From an uncultured Faecalibacterium sp. (lineage in GTDB: Bacteria > Bacillota > Clostridia > Oscillospirales > Ruminococcaceae): a stretch of 64,000 nucleotides of DNA. The stretch is taken from the NCBI GenBank assembly GCA_937880095.1, contig CALFLK010000025.1, positions 108,351 to 172,350 on the forward strand, read 5' to 3'. Each line of letters begins with the position of its first letter. Position 1 is the stretch's first letter. The notes beneath the pieces are model-generated. The model was not told the DNA's origin and searched no databases. It worked only from the letters and a program-made list of their open reading frames with translations. This document shows, piece by piece, positions 48,228 to 56,298 of the stretch. Both the position numbers and the translations under genes were made by a program.

Positions 48228-49139
48228 TTATTCTGCATCGTCCTCGGGTTCAAAACCGGGGTGGGGAATCGGGTTCGGGTTCATCCCGGAAAAATCATCA
48301 TACGGGTCCGGTGCTTTGGGGCTGCGCTTACCGCCGGAAATATACTGGCACTGGCCGGCTTTGTAGGTTTTGGGTGCCAGGCTGTCGGTGCCGGTACGAA
48401 CGCGCAGCGTAGCAGAAACCGGGCTGACCTCCACAACGGTACCAACGCCGTCCGGGGTGCGAACGGTAGAACCAACCATAGGCAGAACGCCATTCAGGTA
48501 CTCATAGGTTTTCTGCTCGTAAGCCAGACAGCACATCAGACGACCACAGCAGCCGCTGATTTTGCTGGGGTTCAGGGACAGATTCTGCTCCTTTGCCATC
48601 TTGATGGACACCGGCTGGAAATCCTTCAAGAAGCGGCTGCAGCAGAACGGCTGACCGCAGATGCCCAGACCGCCCAGCATTTTGCTTTCGTCACGCACGC
48701 CAATCTGGCGCAGCTCAATACGGGTATGGAACACACCCGCTAGATCCTTGACCAGCTCGCGGAAGTCCACACGGCCGTCTGCCGTAAAGTAGAACAGAAT
48801 CTTGGAACGATCCAGATTATATTCCACTTCCACCAGCTTCATGTCCAGACCGTGCTTTTCAATGCGTTCCTGGCACAGCTGGAATGCCTTTTCCTCGTCG
48901 GCACGGTTCTGCTTCATGCGGCGCACATCCACTGCGTCCGCCATGCGCACAACCGGCTTCAAATCACGGCTGCAGTTGCTGTCTGCAACTTCATGGATGC
49001 CCTGCACAACCTCGCCGCACTCGGTGCCGCGGGCGGTGGTGACGATGACATAATCACCGGTCTTGATATCCATATCGCAGGGGTCAAAATAATAGCTCTT
49101 GCCATTGGGTTTGAATCGAACAGATACGATTTTTTTCAT
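48228..49139 (-). CDS. ricT: PSP1-domain protein RicT/YaaT
   Basis: Has the conserved N-terminus (VRFKPNGKSYYFD) and a Cys cluster (CGQPFCCSRFL ... CCGRLMCCL). It lies downstream of holB, as in other Firmicutes. Confidence 0.85.
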   Translation of the reverse strand: MKKIVSVRFKPNGKSYYFDPCDMDIKTGDYVIVTTARGTECGEVVQGIHEVADSNCSRDLKPVVRMADAVDVRRMKQNRADEEKAFQLCQERIEKHGLDMKLVEVEYNLDRSKILFYFTADGRVDFRELVKDLAGVFHTRIELRQIGVRDESKMLGGLGICGQPFCCSRFLKDFQPVSIKMAKEQNLSLNPSKISGCCGRLMCCLAYEQKTYEYLNGVLPMVGSTVRTPDGVGTVVEVSPVSATLRVRTGTDSLAPKTYKAGQCQYISGGKRSPKAPDPYDDFSGMNPNPIPHPGFEPEDDAE

Positions 49140-49236
49140 ATGCTTTTTTCGCTTTGCCGCTGCCGTGGGCGGCGTTTTTCACAGCCTGTGCCTCGGCAGA
49201 TATCAGCACAGGGTCAAAAAAGGAAAGAATATCCCG

Positions 49237-50205
49237 TTACAGGGAGGCAAACTCTGCTGCCGCTAAGGTCAACACCAGTTTGGCATTGCCGTTTGCGTGC
49301 AGTCGCTGGCGCACTTTATCAGCCGTTCGGATGGCAGCAACCGCTTTTTCTCCATGCAGGGGGCACAGCTTTGGCTGCAGCAGTGCTGCAGCAGCCAAAG
49401 CGGAAAGATCCTCCAGCACTTCGTCGGTACCGGAGCGGTCTTTTTCCAATCCGGCAAGCATGGTTGCCAACTGGTAGCCATCTCCGTCCGCAGCCGCTTG
49501 TGCCAGCGTGCGTGCGGTTTCCAAGCGGGCACGGCGGGTTTTATTCTGCGCCACAGCCAGCACCGTACCGATGCGGCCATCAAACACGGCACTGAGCAGC
49601 TCCGCTTCGTCCTGCGCCACACCTTGCTTGGTGCAATAAGCAGCACATTCAGCGGGAGAGACAGGTGCCAGCGTAAAATCATAACAGCGGCTGCGAATGG
49701 TGGGGAGCACCCCCGCCAGACTGGACGCTGTCAACAAAAAGGTTACGTTTTCCGGCGGCTCTTCCAGCACTTTCAAAAGGGCGTTTGCGCTGGCTTCGTT
49801 CATGTGCTCCACATGATACAGCAAAATCACACGTCCCTGCGTGGATAATCCGGAGTTGAAACACTCGCTGCGAGCTGCCATTACCTGACCGACCAGATAA
49901 TCGCCGTTTTTCGCACCACCGCGCACCGCGATGGCTTCCCGCACGATACCGGTTTCGATGTGTCCGCTGGAGCGGTCACCGGATTTTGCCACCGCATAGC
50001 AGCAATCTCCCTGCACCATATGTTCCGCAGCCGAACCGCCTTGCGGGTACAATAAATCCGCCGCAATACACCGGGCAGCAAATCCTGCACCCAAGCCGGA
50101 TTCGCCCACCAACAGCAGGCTGTGACCCATCCGACCGCTTTGCATCATGTGCATAACAGACTGTTTCAGTGGGGCATTTCCCACCAGACGTTCTTCCAGC
50201 ATCAT
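49237..50205 (-). CDS. holB: DNA polymerase III subunit delta'
   Basis: An AAA+ clamp-loader-like protein with a degenerate P-loop (GESGLGAG) and a T.RSRC-like SRC motif (TIRSRC). The start was set at ATG 50205, 6 nt after GAGGTG. Confidence 0.8.
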   Translation of the reverse strand: MMLEERLVGNAPLKQSVMHMMQSGRMGHSLLLVGESGLGAGFAARCIAADLLYPQGGSAAEHMVQGDCCYAVAKSGDRSSGHIETGIVREAIAVRGGAKNGDYLVGQVMAARSECFNSGLSTQGRVILLYHVEHMNEASANALLKVLEEPPENVTFLLTASSLAGVLPTIRSRCYDFTLAPVSPAECAAYCTKQGVAQDEAELLSAVFDGRIGTVLAVAQNKTRRARLETARTLAQAAADGDGYQLATMLAGLEKDRSGTDEVLEDLSALAAAALLQPKLCPLHGEKAVAAIRTADKVRQRLHANGNAKLVLTLAAAEFASL

Positions 50206-50249
50206 AGCCCACACCTCGCCCCGATCCTTTGTAAGTATTTCACCGTTTT

Positions 50250-50278
50250 ATTTTAGCACGAAACCTACAGCTTGCCAA
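50250..50278 (-). promoter_or_regulatory. sigma-70-type promoter for holB
   Basis: On the minus strand: TTGGCA, 17 nt, TAAAAT. Confidence 0.55.
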
Positions 50279-50439
50279 TGAATTCCGATTTTTTCCCGCA
50301 GAAAGTGACAAAACGTGGCTTTTTGACGCCAAAACCCGCCTTTTATGTGCGAATGTTGCAATTTTTTAGCAACTTACGTTACTTTGCGAAGAAACAGAAA
50401 CTTTAGGTTACTGGTTCCTTTTTCAACGAATGGGATAAA

Positions 50440-50532
50440 CTATCCACTTTCTCCACTGAGTTTTCCACTTAAAAAGTGGAAAGAGAAAGTTAAATTCACC
50501 ATCTTTCCACTTTATCCACCGAGTTTTCCACA
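50440..50532. repeat. cluster of seven DnaA-box-like 9-mers organised as two 31-bp direct repeats plus one inverted box
   Basis: The boxes are CTATCCACT, TTCTCCACT, TTTTCCACT, (inverted) CTTTCCACT, CTTTCCACT, TTATCCACC and TTTTCCACA. The repeats at 50440-50470 and 50503-50533 match at 26 of 31 positions. Confidence 0.7.
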
Positions 50533-50900
50533 GAGAGGGGTGTTTTGCGCATTATACCTATTGTAATCAAAACACATCAACTCCAGACGACAAAAGAGTA
50601 AACCGTGGGAATTCCATAGATTTTTTGCGCACAAAATCGCATTTCATTCCTTTCGCACGCACGCAAAAGAATCATGGTAAAAATACAGCTTTCTGTTGTA
50701 TTCTCAAGGCTTTTGGGCGTTTTCAATGGGCAAAAAACAACTATTCTTTTTCTTTCAAAGCGCGATTCTCCCGCCTGTTGAATGAAACAATACCGCCAGA
50801 AAATCTTTCCACTGCCGAAAATGAAACAAGACCCGGCTTTTTACAACCGGATCTTGTCGAATGAGAAGGAATTTTGTCAACTGAGAAACTTATCGAGTGC

Positions 50901-51350
50901 TTATTCCATAGCAGGAAGTTGTTCACTACCATTTTCCACAGTTTGTGCAGAACTGGTTGTTACACTGCTAAATATTAAACCGCTGCTCAGTGCCAAAACA
51001 AGCATCAGCACCAATCCCAGCAGGAAAGCCAGCAAAATACCTTTCAGCCATTTGCCCAGCGTATGGGCTCTTTGGTTTTTAATTGCCATCTGTTCGCTGA
51101 TGCGTGCCAGCTGGTTCGCAATCTGATTTTCCGGTGCCGAGTCTTGTGCCTGCTCTGCTTCTGCACCCAAGAGCGCACTAACGGATACCTGCAAAACCTG
51201 TGCCAATTCCTGCAAACATTGCACGTCTGGCACCGAAAGGTTTTTCTCCCATTTGGAAACAGTCTGACGCACAACGTGCAGCCGGACAGCAAGCTCTTCC
51301 TGCGTCATGCCCTGTTTCTGGCGGGCATTGCGGATATTTTCTCCTAACAT
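50901..51350 (-). CDS. XRE-family HTH protein with a C-terminal transmembrane segment
   Basis: Has the HTH segment IRNARQKQGMTQEELAVRLHVVRQTVSKWE and a C-terminal hydrophobic helix. The start at 51350 is preceded by AAGGAG. Confidence 0.8.
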   Translation of the reverse strand: MLGENIRNARQKQGMTQEELAVRLHVVRQTVSKWEKNLSVPDVQCLQELAQVLQVSVSALLGAEAEQAQDSAPENQIANQLARISEQMAIKNQRAHTLGKWLKGILLAFLLGLVLMLVLALSSGLIFSSVTTSSAQTVENGSEQLPAME

Positions 51351-51608
51351 AAAGTAAATCTCCTTGTGTTTGATGGCATCATTGTATCGTAGTGCAGCCC
51401 GTTTCTCAAGCAACGGGGGTGCGCAACTGCGCAACGCCTGTGCGCATTGCCGTAAAACATCAGTATTTCGGGGATTTTTGCCAAATTTATGCCGGAAAGA
51501 TTTACAGCTCCCCACCGGGGTTTCGCTTGCCGTTTCCATCAATTATGGCTATACTGAAAACAATAGAAAAGCCCTTATGAAAAGGCAAATGAAATGGAGG
51601 TTATTTTG

Positions 51609-52349
51609 ATGCTTTTGGAAGGTAAAGTTGCGATTGTCACTGGTGGTACCCGTGGCATTGGCATGGCGATTGTAAAGACATTTTTGGACAACGGTGCCAG
51701 CGTTGTGCTGACCGGCAGCCGTCAGGCTACGGTAGACAAGGCTATGTCTGAGCTGACCGCATACGGCGACCGCGTCATGGGTCTGTGCCCGAATCTGGGC
51801 GATGCCGCTCAGGTAGCAAATCTGGTTGACCAGACCGTCAAGAAGTACGGCAAGCTGGATATCATGGTCAACAACGCAGGCATCTCTGCCCGCGACAGCC
51901 TGTATGACTATGCACCCGAAGACTTTGACAAGATTCTGGATGTAAACCTGAAGTCTGTATTTAACGGCTGTCAGGCTGCTGCACGCGTGATGAAGGCACA
52001 GGGCGGCGGTGTTATCCTGAACACCAGCTCCATGGTTTCTCTGTATGGTCAGCCTTCCGGCTGTGGCTATCCCACCACCAAGTTTGCTGTGAACGGTCTG
52101 ACCCGTTCTCTGGCGCGTGAACTGGGCCGTGACCACATCCGTGTAAACGCAGTTGCTCCCGGTGTGACCCGTACCGACATGGTCGCTGCTCTGCCCAAGG
52201 AGATTGTGGAGCGTATTTCTGCACCCATCCCGCTGGGTCGTGTTGGCGAGCCGGAGGAAGTGGCAAACGCATTCCTGTTCCTGGCAAGCGATCTGGCAAG
52301 CTATGTGACCGGCGAAGTGCTGAGCGTTGACGGCGCAGCCATGACCTGA
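51609..52349 (+). CDS. SDR-family oxidoreductase (FabG-like)
   Basis: Has the TGGTRGIG cofactor motif, NNAG, and the YxxxK catalytic motif (YPTTK). A GGAGG RBS lies 8 nt upstream of ATG 51609. Confidence 0.85.
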   Translation: MLLEGKVAIVTGGTRGIGMAIVKTFLDNGASVVLTGSRQATVDKAMSELTAYGDRVMGLCPNLGDAAQVANLVDQTVKKYGKLDIMVNNAGISARDSLYDYAPEDFDKILDVNLKSVFNGCQAAARVMKAQGGGVILNTSSMVSLYGQPSGCGYPTTKFAVNGLTRSLARELGRDHIRVNAVAPGVTRTDMVAALPKEIVERISAPIPLGRVGEPEEVANAFLFLASDLASYVTGEVLSVDGAAMT

Positions 52350-52375
52350 TTTTGCAAAACAAAACATAACACATA

Positions 52376-52413
52376 AAAATCCCCCGACAGAAGTTTCTGC
52401 CGGGGGATTTTCT
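52376..52413. terminator. bidirectional intrinsic terminator
   Basis: Stem ATCCCCCG.CAG/CTG.CGGGGGAT is flanked by A and T runs. Confidence 0.8.
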
Positions 52414-52414
52414 T

Positions 52415-53317
52415 TTACTTATTTGCGTCTTGGAAGCCTTCGCCCACAAGGTCGTTTGCTTCACAAACCATCATAACCACACCAGGGTCCACACTGTTTA
52501 CCGCATGGCGCACATGGTATACCTCGCTGTTGGAGCAAGCGCAGTACAGCATTTCACGGGCTTCGCCGGTGTAGCTGCCGCGAGCTTCTACAATCGTTGC
52601 ACCGCGACCGACGTTTTCCGAAATGGCATCGGCGCAAGCCTGACCATGGTTGGTGATAGCGATAACCAGCTTGCCGCCGCCGGCACCGTACATGATTTTA
52701 TCCATAACAAGGCTGTAAGTCATGCAGGCAATCAGGCCATACAAAACCGCATCCAGAGAACCGAATACCGGCCAGCCCATCAGGATAATGACCGCATCCA
52801 TAGCAATGGTCACCTGACCAAAGGACAGATGGGGATTCTTCTTTTTGATAGCTGCCACAACGAAATCGCTGCCGCCTGTATTGGAACCGCGCATATAAAT
52901 CAAGCCCAGACCAATACCGGCAAACACACCGGTAAACAAGCTGGCAAGCAGCGGGTCGCCGCCATAAATGGGGAAGCGTGCCAACACGCCGTCCATGATA
53001 ACTGTGACCCAAATCAGGGTGCGTAGGCTGCGCAAGATATATCGCTTACCCAGCACAGGACCGCAAATCAGGATAATGGGAACATTGATCAAAAAGCTCA
53101 ATAAGCCCAGCGGTACCTGAGGCAAAAATTCGCGAATCAGAAGCGCCATACCGGTAACACCGCCGGGGGCAAAGCCCGCATTTTCCGCAAAGGTATAAAA
53201 GCCAATGCCGAACATCAAAGCGCCCAAAATATCATACAGGTTATCCACCAGAAAATCTTTCCAGTTATCAGCGTCCCATTTCCACGGCATATCCATACAC
53301 ACCCTTTCATCCGCCAT
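52415..53317 (-). CDS. YitT-family membrane protein with a C-terminal DUF2179 domain
   Basis: Has multi-TM YitT repeats (GGVTG, TGGSD) and a soluble C-terminal domain. The start is uncertain among ATGs at 53317, 53296 and 53290. Confidence 0.75.
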   Translation of the reverse strand: MADERVCMDMPWKWDADNWKDFLVDNLYDILGALMFGIGFYTFAENAGFAPGGVTGMALLIREFLPQVPLGLLSFLINVPIILICGPVLGKRYILRSLRTLIWVTVIMDGVLARFPIYGGDPLLASLFTGVFAGIGLGLIYMRGSNTGGSDFVVAAIKKKNPHLSFGQVTIAMDAVIILMGWPVFGSLDAVLYGLIACMTYSLVMDKIMYGAGGGKLVIAITNHGQACADAISENVGRGATIVEARGSYTGEAREMLYCACSNSEVYHVRHAVNSVDPGVVMMVCEANDLVGEGFQDANK

Positions 53318-53358
53318 TCGGCGGAGACGATTCTATCATTGATGCACAGGCAGCTGCG

Positions 53359-54981
53359 TTACGACAGCATACTGAACACCGTCATTGCGATGCGGAAGTA
53401 CAGCAGCAAGCTGCAAGCGTCCACGATGGTCGTAATGAACGGAGAAGCCATCAGCGCAGGGTCCAGACCAATCTTCTTTGCCAGCAGCGGCAGTGCACCG
53501 CCCACCAGCTTTGCCAGCACGACTGCACAGAACAGCGACAGGCTGACGGTAATCGCATAGCCGAACACATGATCATACTGACCGGCATAGAATACGCCGT
53601 ACATCAGCAGGATGCGTGCGCCGTTGACGATACCCAAAATTGCGCCAATGATGACTGCGATCCGCAGTTCCTTGCTCAGGACCTTCATAATATCGGTGGG
53701 GGTCACCTGATCCAGCGCCATACCACGAATCATCAGGGTACTGGTCTGGTTACCACAGTTACCGGCGGTATCCATCAGCATGGGCATGAAGGAAACCAGC
53801 AGCGGCATGGTAACAAACGCTGCTTCGTAATGGGTCGTGACCATACCGGTCACCGTAGCGGACAGCATCAGAATCAACAGCCAAGGCAAACGCTGTTTTG
53901 CCTGCTGCCAGACAGAAGTACCGAAGTAGGTTGCTTCGGCGTCCTCGGTCATAATAGCAGCCATCTTGTGCATATCCTCGGTGGATTCCTGGGTCAAAAC
54001 GTCCACTGCGTCGTCGATGGTGACGATACCGACCATCATGCCCTCTGCATCCAGAACCGGCATGGCGGTTAGGTCATAACGCTGCATCTCACGAGCAACA
54101 TCTTCCTGGTCATCGGTGACACGGACGCAAATCACATTGTCGTCCATCAGCTCGGTGATAGGGGTATCAAACTGGGACAGCAGCAAATCCTTTGCGGAAA
54201 CAACGCCCAGCAGGCGATTCTTTTCCACAACATAGCTGGTGTATACGGTTTCGGCGTTCTCGCCCTGCTCGCGAATAGCAGCAATGGCTTCGCGCACCGT
54301 CATATTTTCTTTTAGCCGGACATACTCCAGCGTCATAATCGAGCCTGCGCTGCTTTCCGGATAGCGCAGCAGCTTGTTCAGGCTGTCACGGGTTTCCTTG
54401 CTGGATTTTGCCAGCACGCGCTTTACCACCGCAGCAGGCATATCTTCCAGCAGGTCAGCCGCATCGTCCAAACTCATTTCTTCCAATGCGCCTACCAGCT
54501 CGGTATCCGAGAAGGCTTCGACCAAATCGGTACGAGCTTCGTCGGACATATACGCAAAGGCTTCTGCTGCAACTTCTTTTTTCAGCAGACGGAAAATCAC
54601 CAGACGGTTGTTTTCGTCCAGCTCTTCCAGCAGCTCTGCCAAGTCGACGGGGTTTTCTTCCTCGGTTGCTTCACGCAGATCCAGATACTGCTTTTTCATC
54701 AGCAGCTTCAGAATCTGGGACTTGGTCAGACGCTCACGGTCATCGGGTTCGTCGTCGTGTTTTTCTTCCCACTCTGCCTGTTCAATGTCATCGCGGATAT
54801 CTTCCAAGGTTTCCGCAATGTCTTCTTCCAGTGCCACCTTGATTTCAGGTGCCAGATCCTCCGGCAATTCTTCGGGCGGCAGCTGAGGCAAATCTGCCTC
54901 GTTGGTTTCGGTGGGGGTAGGGATGCGCTCGCGTGCCAGATCTTCGATCTGGTTAATGGTTTCTTTGTTCTGCTTTTCCAT
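53359..54981 (-). CDS. mgtE: magnesium transporter MgtE with an extended acidic N-terminus
   Basis: Has an MgtE N-domain, tandem CBS domains and a C-terminal 5-TM domain with a GN.G/D..G-type motif (DTAGNCGNQ). The start at 54981 has an AAGGAGG RBS. Confidence 0.9.
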   Translation of the reverse strand: MEKQNKETINQIEDLARERIPTPTETNEADLPQLPPEELPEDLAPEIKVALEEDIAETLEDIRDDIEQAEWEEKHDDEPDDRERLTKSQILKLLMKKQYLDLREATEEENPVDLAELLEELDENNRLVIFRLLKKEVAAEAFAYMSDEARTDLVEAFSDTELVGALEEMSLDDAADLLEDMPAAVVKRVLAKSSKETRDSLNKLLRYPESSAGSIMTLEYVRLKENMTVREAIAAIREQGENAETVYTSYVVEKNRLLGVVSAKDLLLSQFDTPITELMDDNVICVRVTDDQEDVAREMQRYDLTAMPVLDAEGMMVGIVTIDDAVDVLTQESTEDMHKMAAIMTEDAEATYFGTSVWQQAKQRLPWLLILMLSATVTGMVTTHYEAAFVTMPLLVSFMPMLMDTAGNCGNQTSTLMIRGMALDQVTPTDIMKVLSKELRIAVIIGAILGIVNGARILLMYGVFYAGQYDHVFGYAITVSLSLFCAVVLAKLVGGALPLLAKKIGLDPALMASPFITTIVDACSLLLYFRIAMTVFSMLS

Positions 54982-55242
54982 GGGCAATTCCTCCTTTTGT
55001 GTATTGGGAGGTATCCGGCAGAAAACAAAAAGCGCACAGCCCATCGCCGCTTTTCAGCCGCGATAAACCGTGCCCCATTTTGCCGCAAACTCGCAATCTT
55101 ACACTGCGGCTCTCCGGTAAAATAAGGTGTACGCATTCTTGTTGAGTTTCCTGCCAGACACACTGGCTTGCGGACTATGATCAGGGTCCATAAAAATGCG
55201 TTCACCTCCTGCAATTACTTCATAAAAATCCAGTCCTTAGTT

Positions 55243-55271
55243 ATTGTAACACCCGCTTTTTATCGGGTCAA
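55243..55271 (-). promoter_or_regulatory. sigma-70-type promoter for the mgtE leader
   Basis: On the minus strand: TTGACC, 17 nt, TACAAT. This implies a 5' leader of roughly 255 nt. Confidence 0.6.
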
Positions 55272-55292
55272 CCCCGCGCGGAACAGAAATCT

Positions 55293-55333
55293 TTTTCCAC
55301 CGATTTCGATTATTCCGTGGAAAACTTTCCACT
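55293..55333. promoter_or_regulatory. inverted repeat TTTTCCAC-N16-GTGGAAAA plus a third box CTTTCCACT, just upstream of the mgtE promoter
   Basis: Exact 8-bp arms at 55293-55300 and 55317-55324. The architecture is identical to that at 22271-22302. Confidence 0.5.
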
Positions 55334-55356
55334 CCAATTCCGCGCAAGAACTGTGC

Positions 55357-56034
55357 TTAAATATTCGCCTGACTGCGGAGTTTGTCCATCTTTTCGTCCA
55401 GCTCCATGCTGTTCTGGGCGCACAGCAGCAGGTCCCGCTGCATCTCCTCGGTAAACTCGGTCCCCTTTTTGTAGCGCAGCTGGTGTTCCAAGGATGCCCA
55501 GCAGTCCATTGCAATGGTGCGCAGCTGGATTTCTACCTTCATCATGCGCTTTTCCTTTTCCAAGAAAATGGGAATCTCCACAATCAGATGCAGACTGCGG
55601 TATCCATTGGGTTTGGGGTTTGCAATGTAATCCTTCATCTCAATCAGGGTAATGTCATCCTGATTCAAAAGCGCTTCTGACAAGGTATAAACATCCTTCA
55701 CAAAGGAACAAACCACTCGGATGCCCGCAATGTCATTCAGATGCGCTTCCATGGATTCCACATTGACCGGCAGACCCTTGCGCTCCAGCTTTTCGATGAT
55801 GCTGGGCAGCGATTTCAGGCGGGATTTAATGGTGTTGATGGGGTTGCGGTCATTCTGCAGCGAGGACTCCTCGTCCAGCACTTCAAACTTGGTCTGTACC
55901 TCCTTGATGGCACAGCGATAATAAGACATCAACCGACGAAATTCCAGTGTGCGACTGCGGGTCCATTCCAGACGCTTGATTTCCGCTTCTGACAAGGTTT
56001 CGTTTTTATCTTTTCCTCGAACAATCTTTTCCAT
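55357..56034 (-). CDS. small alarmone synthetase (RelQ/RelP-type GTP pyrophosphokinase, RelA/SpoT synthetase domain only)
   Basis: Has the synthetase-domain motifs DIAGIRVV, GYRSLHLIV and EIQLRT. Its size of about 225 aa fits the class, and an RBS (AAGGAG) is present. Confidence 0.85.
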   Translation of the reverse strand: MEKIVRGKDKNETLSEAEIKRLEWTRSRTLEFRRLMSYYRCAIKEVQTKFEVLDEESSLQNDRNPINTIKSRLKSLPSIIEKLERKGLPVNVESMEAHLNDIAGIRVVCSFVKDVYTLSEALLNQDDITLIEMKDYIANPKPNGYRSLHLIVEIPIFLEKEKRMMKVEIQLRTIAMDCWASLEHQLRYKKGTEFTEEMQRDLLLCAQNSMELDEKMDKLRSQANI

Positions 56035-56155
56035 GGTATCTCCTTATGTGAACAGCGCATCTACGCCGCTTTTCTACAATTCTTTGCTTTGTGTTGCGCA
56101 CTTTAACGCGGTGTTGAACACCCAGAACTATCCCAAAAAAGACAGTTCTCTCCTT

Positions 56156-56184
56156 ATTGTAACGGAAAGGACTGTCAGTTTCAA
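56156..56184 (-). promoter_or_regulatory. sigma-70-type promoter for the alarmone synthetase gene
   Basis: On the minus strand: TTGAAA, 17 nt, TACAAT. Confidence 0.6.
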
Positions 56185-56193
56185 TTTATTTCC

Positions 56194-56255
56194 AAAAAAA
56201 TACCTCCCCATTGCTTGTTGCAGCAAAGGGGAGGCTAAAAACGAGATTCGTTTTT
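56194..56255 (-). terminator. two consecutive intrinsic terminators on the minus strand
   Basis: The first hairpin is AAAAACGA/TCGTTTTT. The second is CCTCCCC...GGGGAGG followed by T7 when read on the minus strand. Both lie downstream of the structured region that follows the PFOR gene. Confidence 0.8.
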
Positions 56256-56298
56256 CCGTCGGCAAGATTTCCGTAAAAGCGGATCTTATGCAGACGTC

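Noticed and set aside
50855-50861. A Spo0A-box-like TGTCGAA heptamer lies near the end of the XRE gene.
   Set aside because: A single 7-mer occurrence is expected by chance. There are no paired boxes and no sporulation genes in the window.
50345-50864. Track ORFs 50345-50566 and 50625-50864 lie inside the holB-upstream gap.
   Set aside because: There is no RBS, and the codon usage is unlike neighbouring genes. The first ORF is simply the translation of the TCCAC repeat cluster.
50215-50900. The DnaA-box cluster might be the chromosomal replication origin (oriC).
   Set aside because: No dnaA or dnaN gene is adjacent. There is no clear AT-rich unwinding element and no run of DnaA-trio (TAG/GAT) repeats next to the boxes. 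Most boxes deviate from consensus at 2-3 positions. A secondary DnaA-binding cluster or another protein's iterons is more defensible.
54982-55236. The mgtE leader might be an M-box (ykoK) Mg2+ riboswitch.
   Set aside because: This is the expected element at this position, but I could not align the conserved M-box sequence blocks by eye. It is reported as an unclassified leader rather than called an M-box. A covariance-model search should decide.
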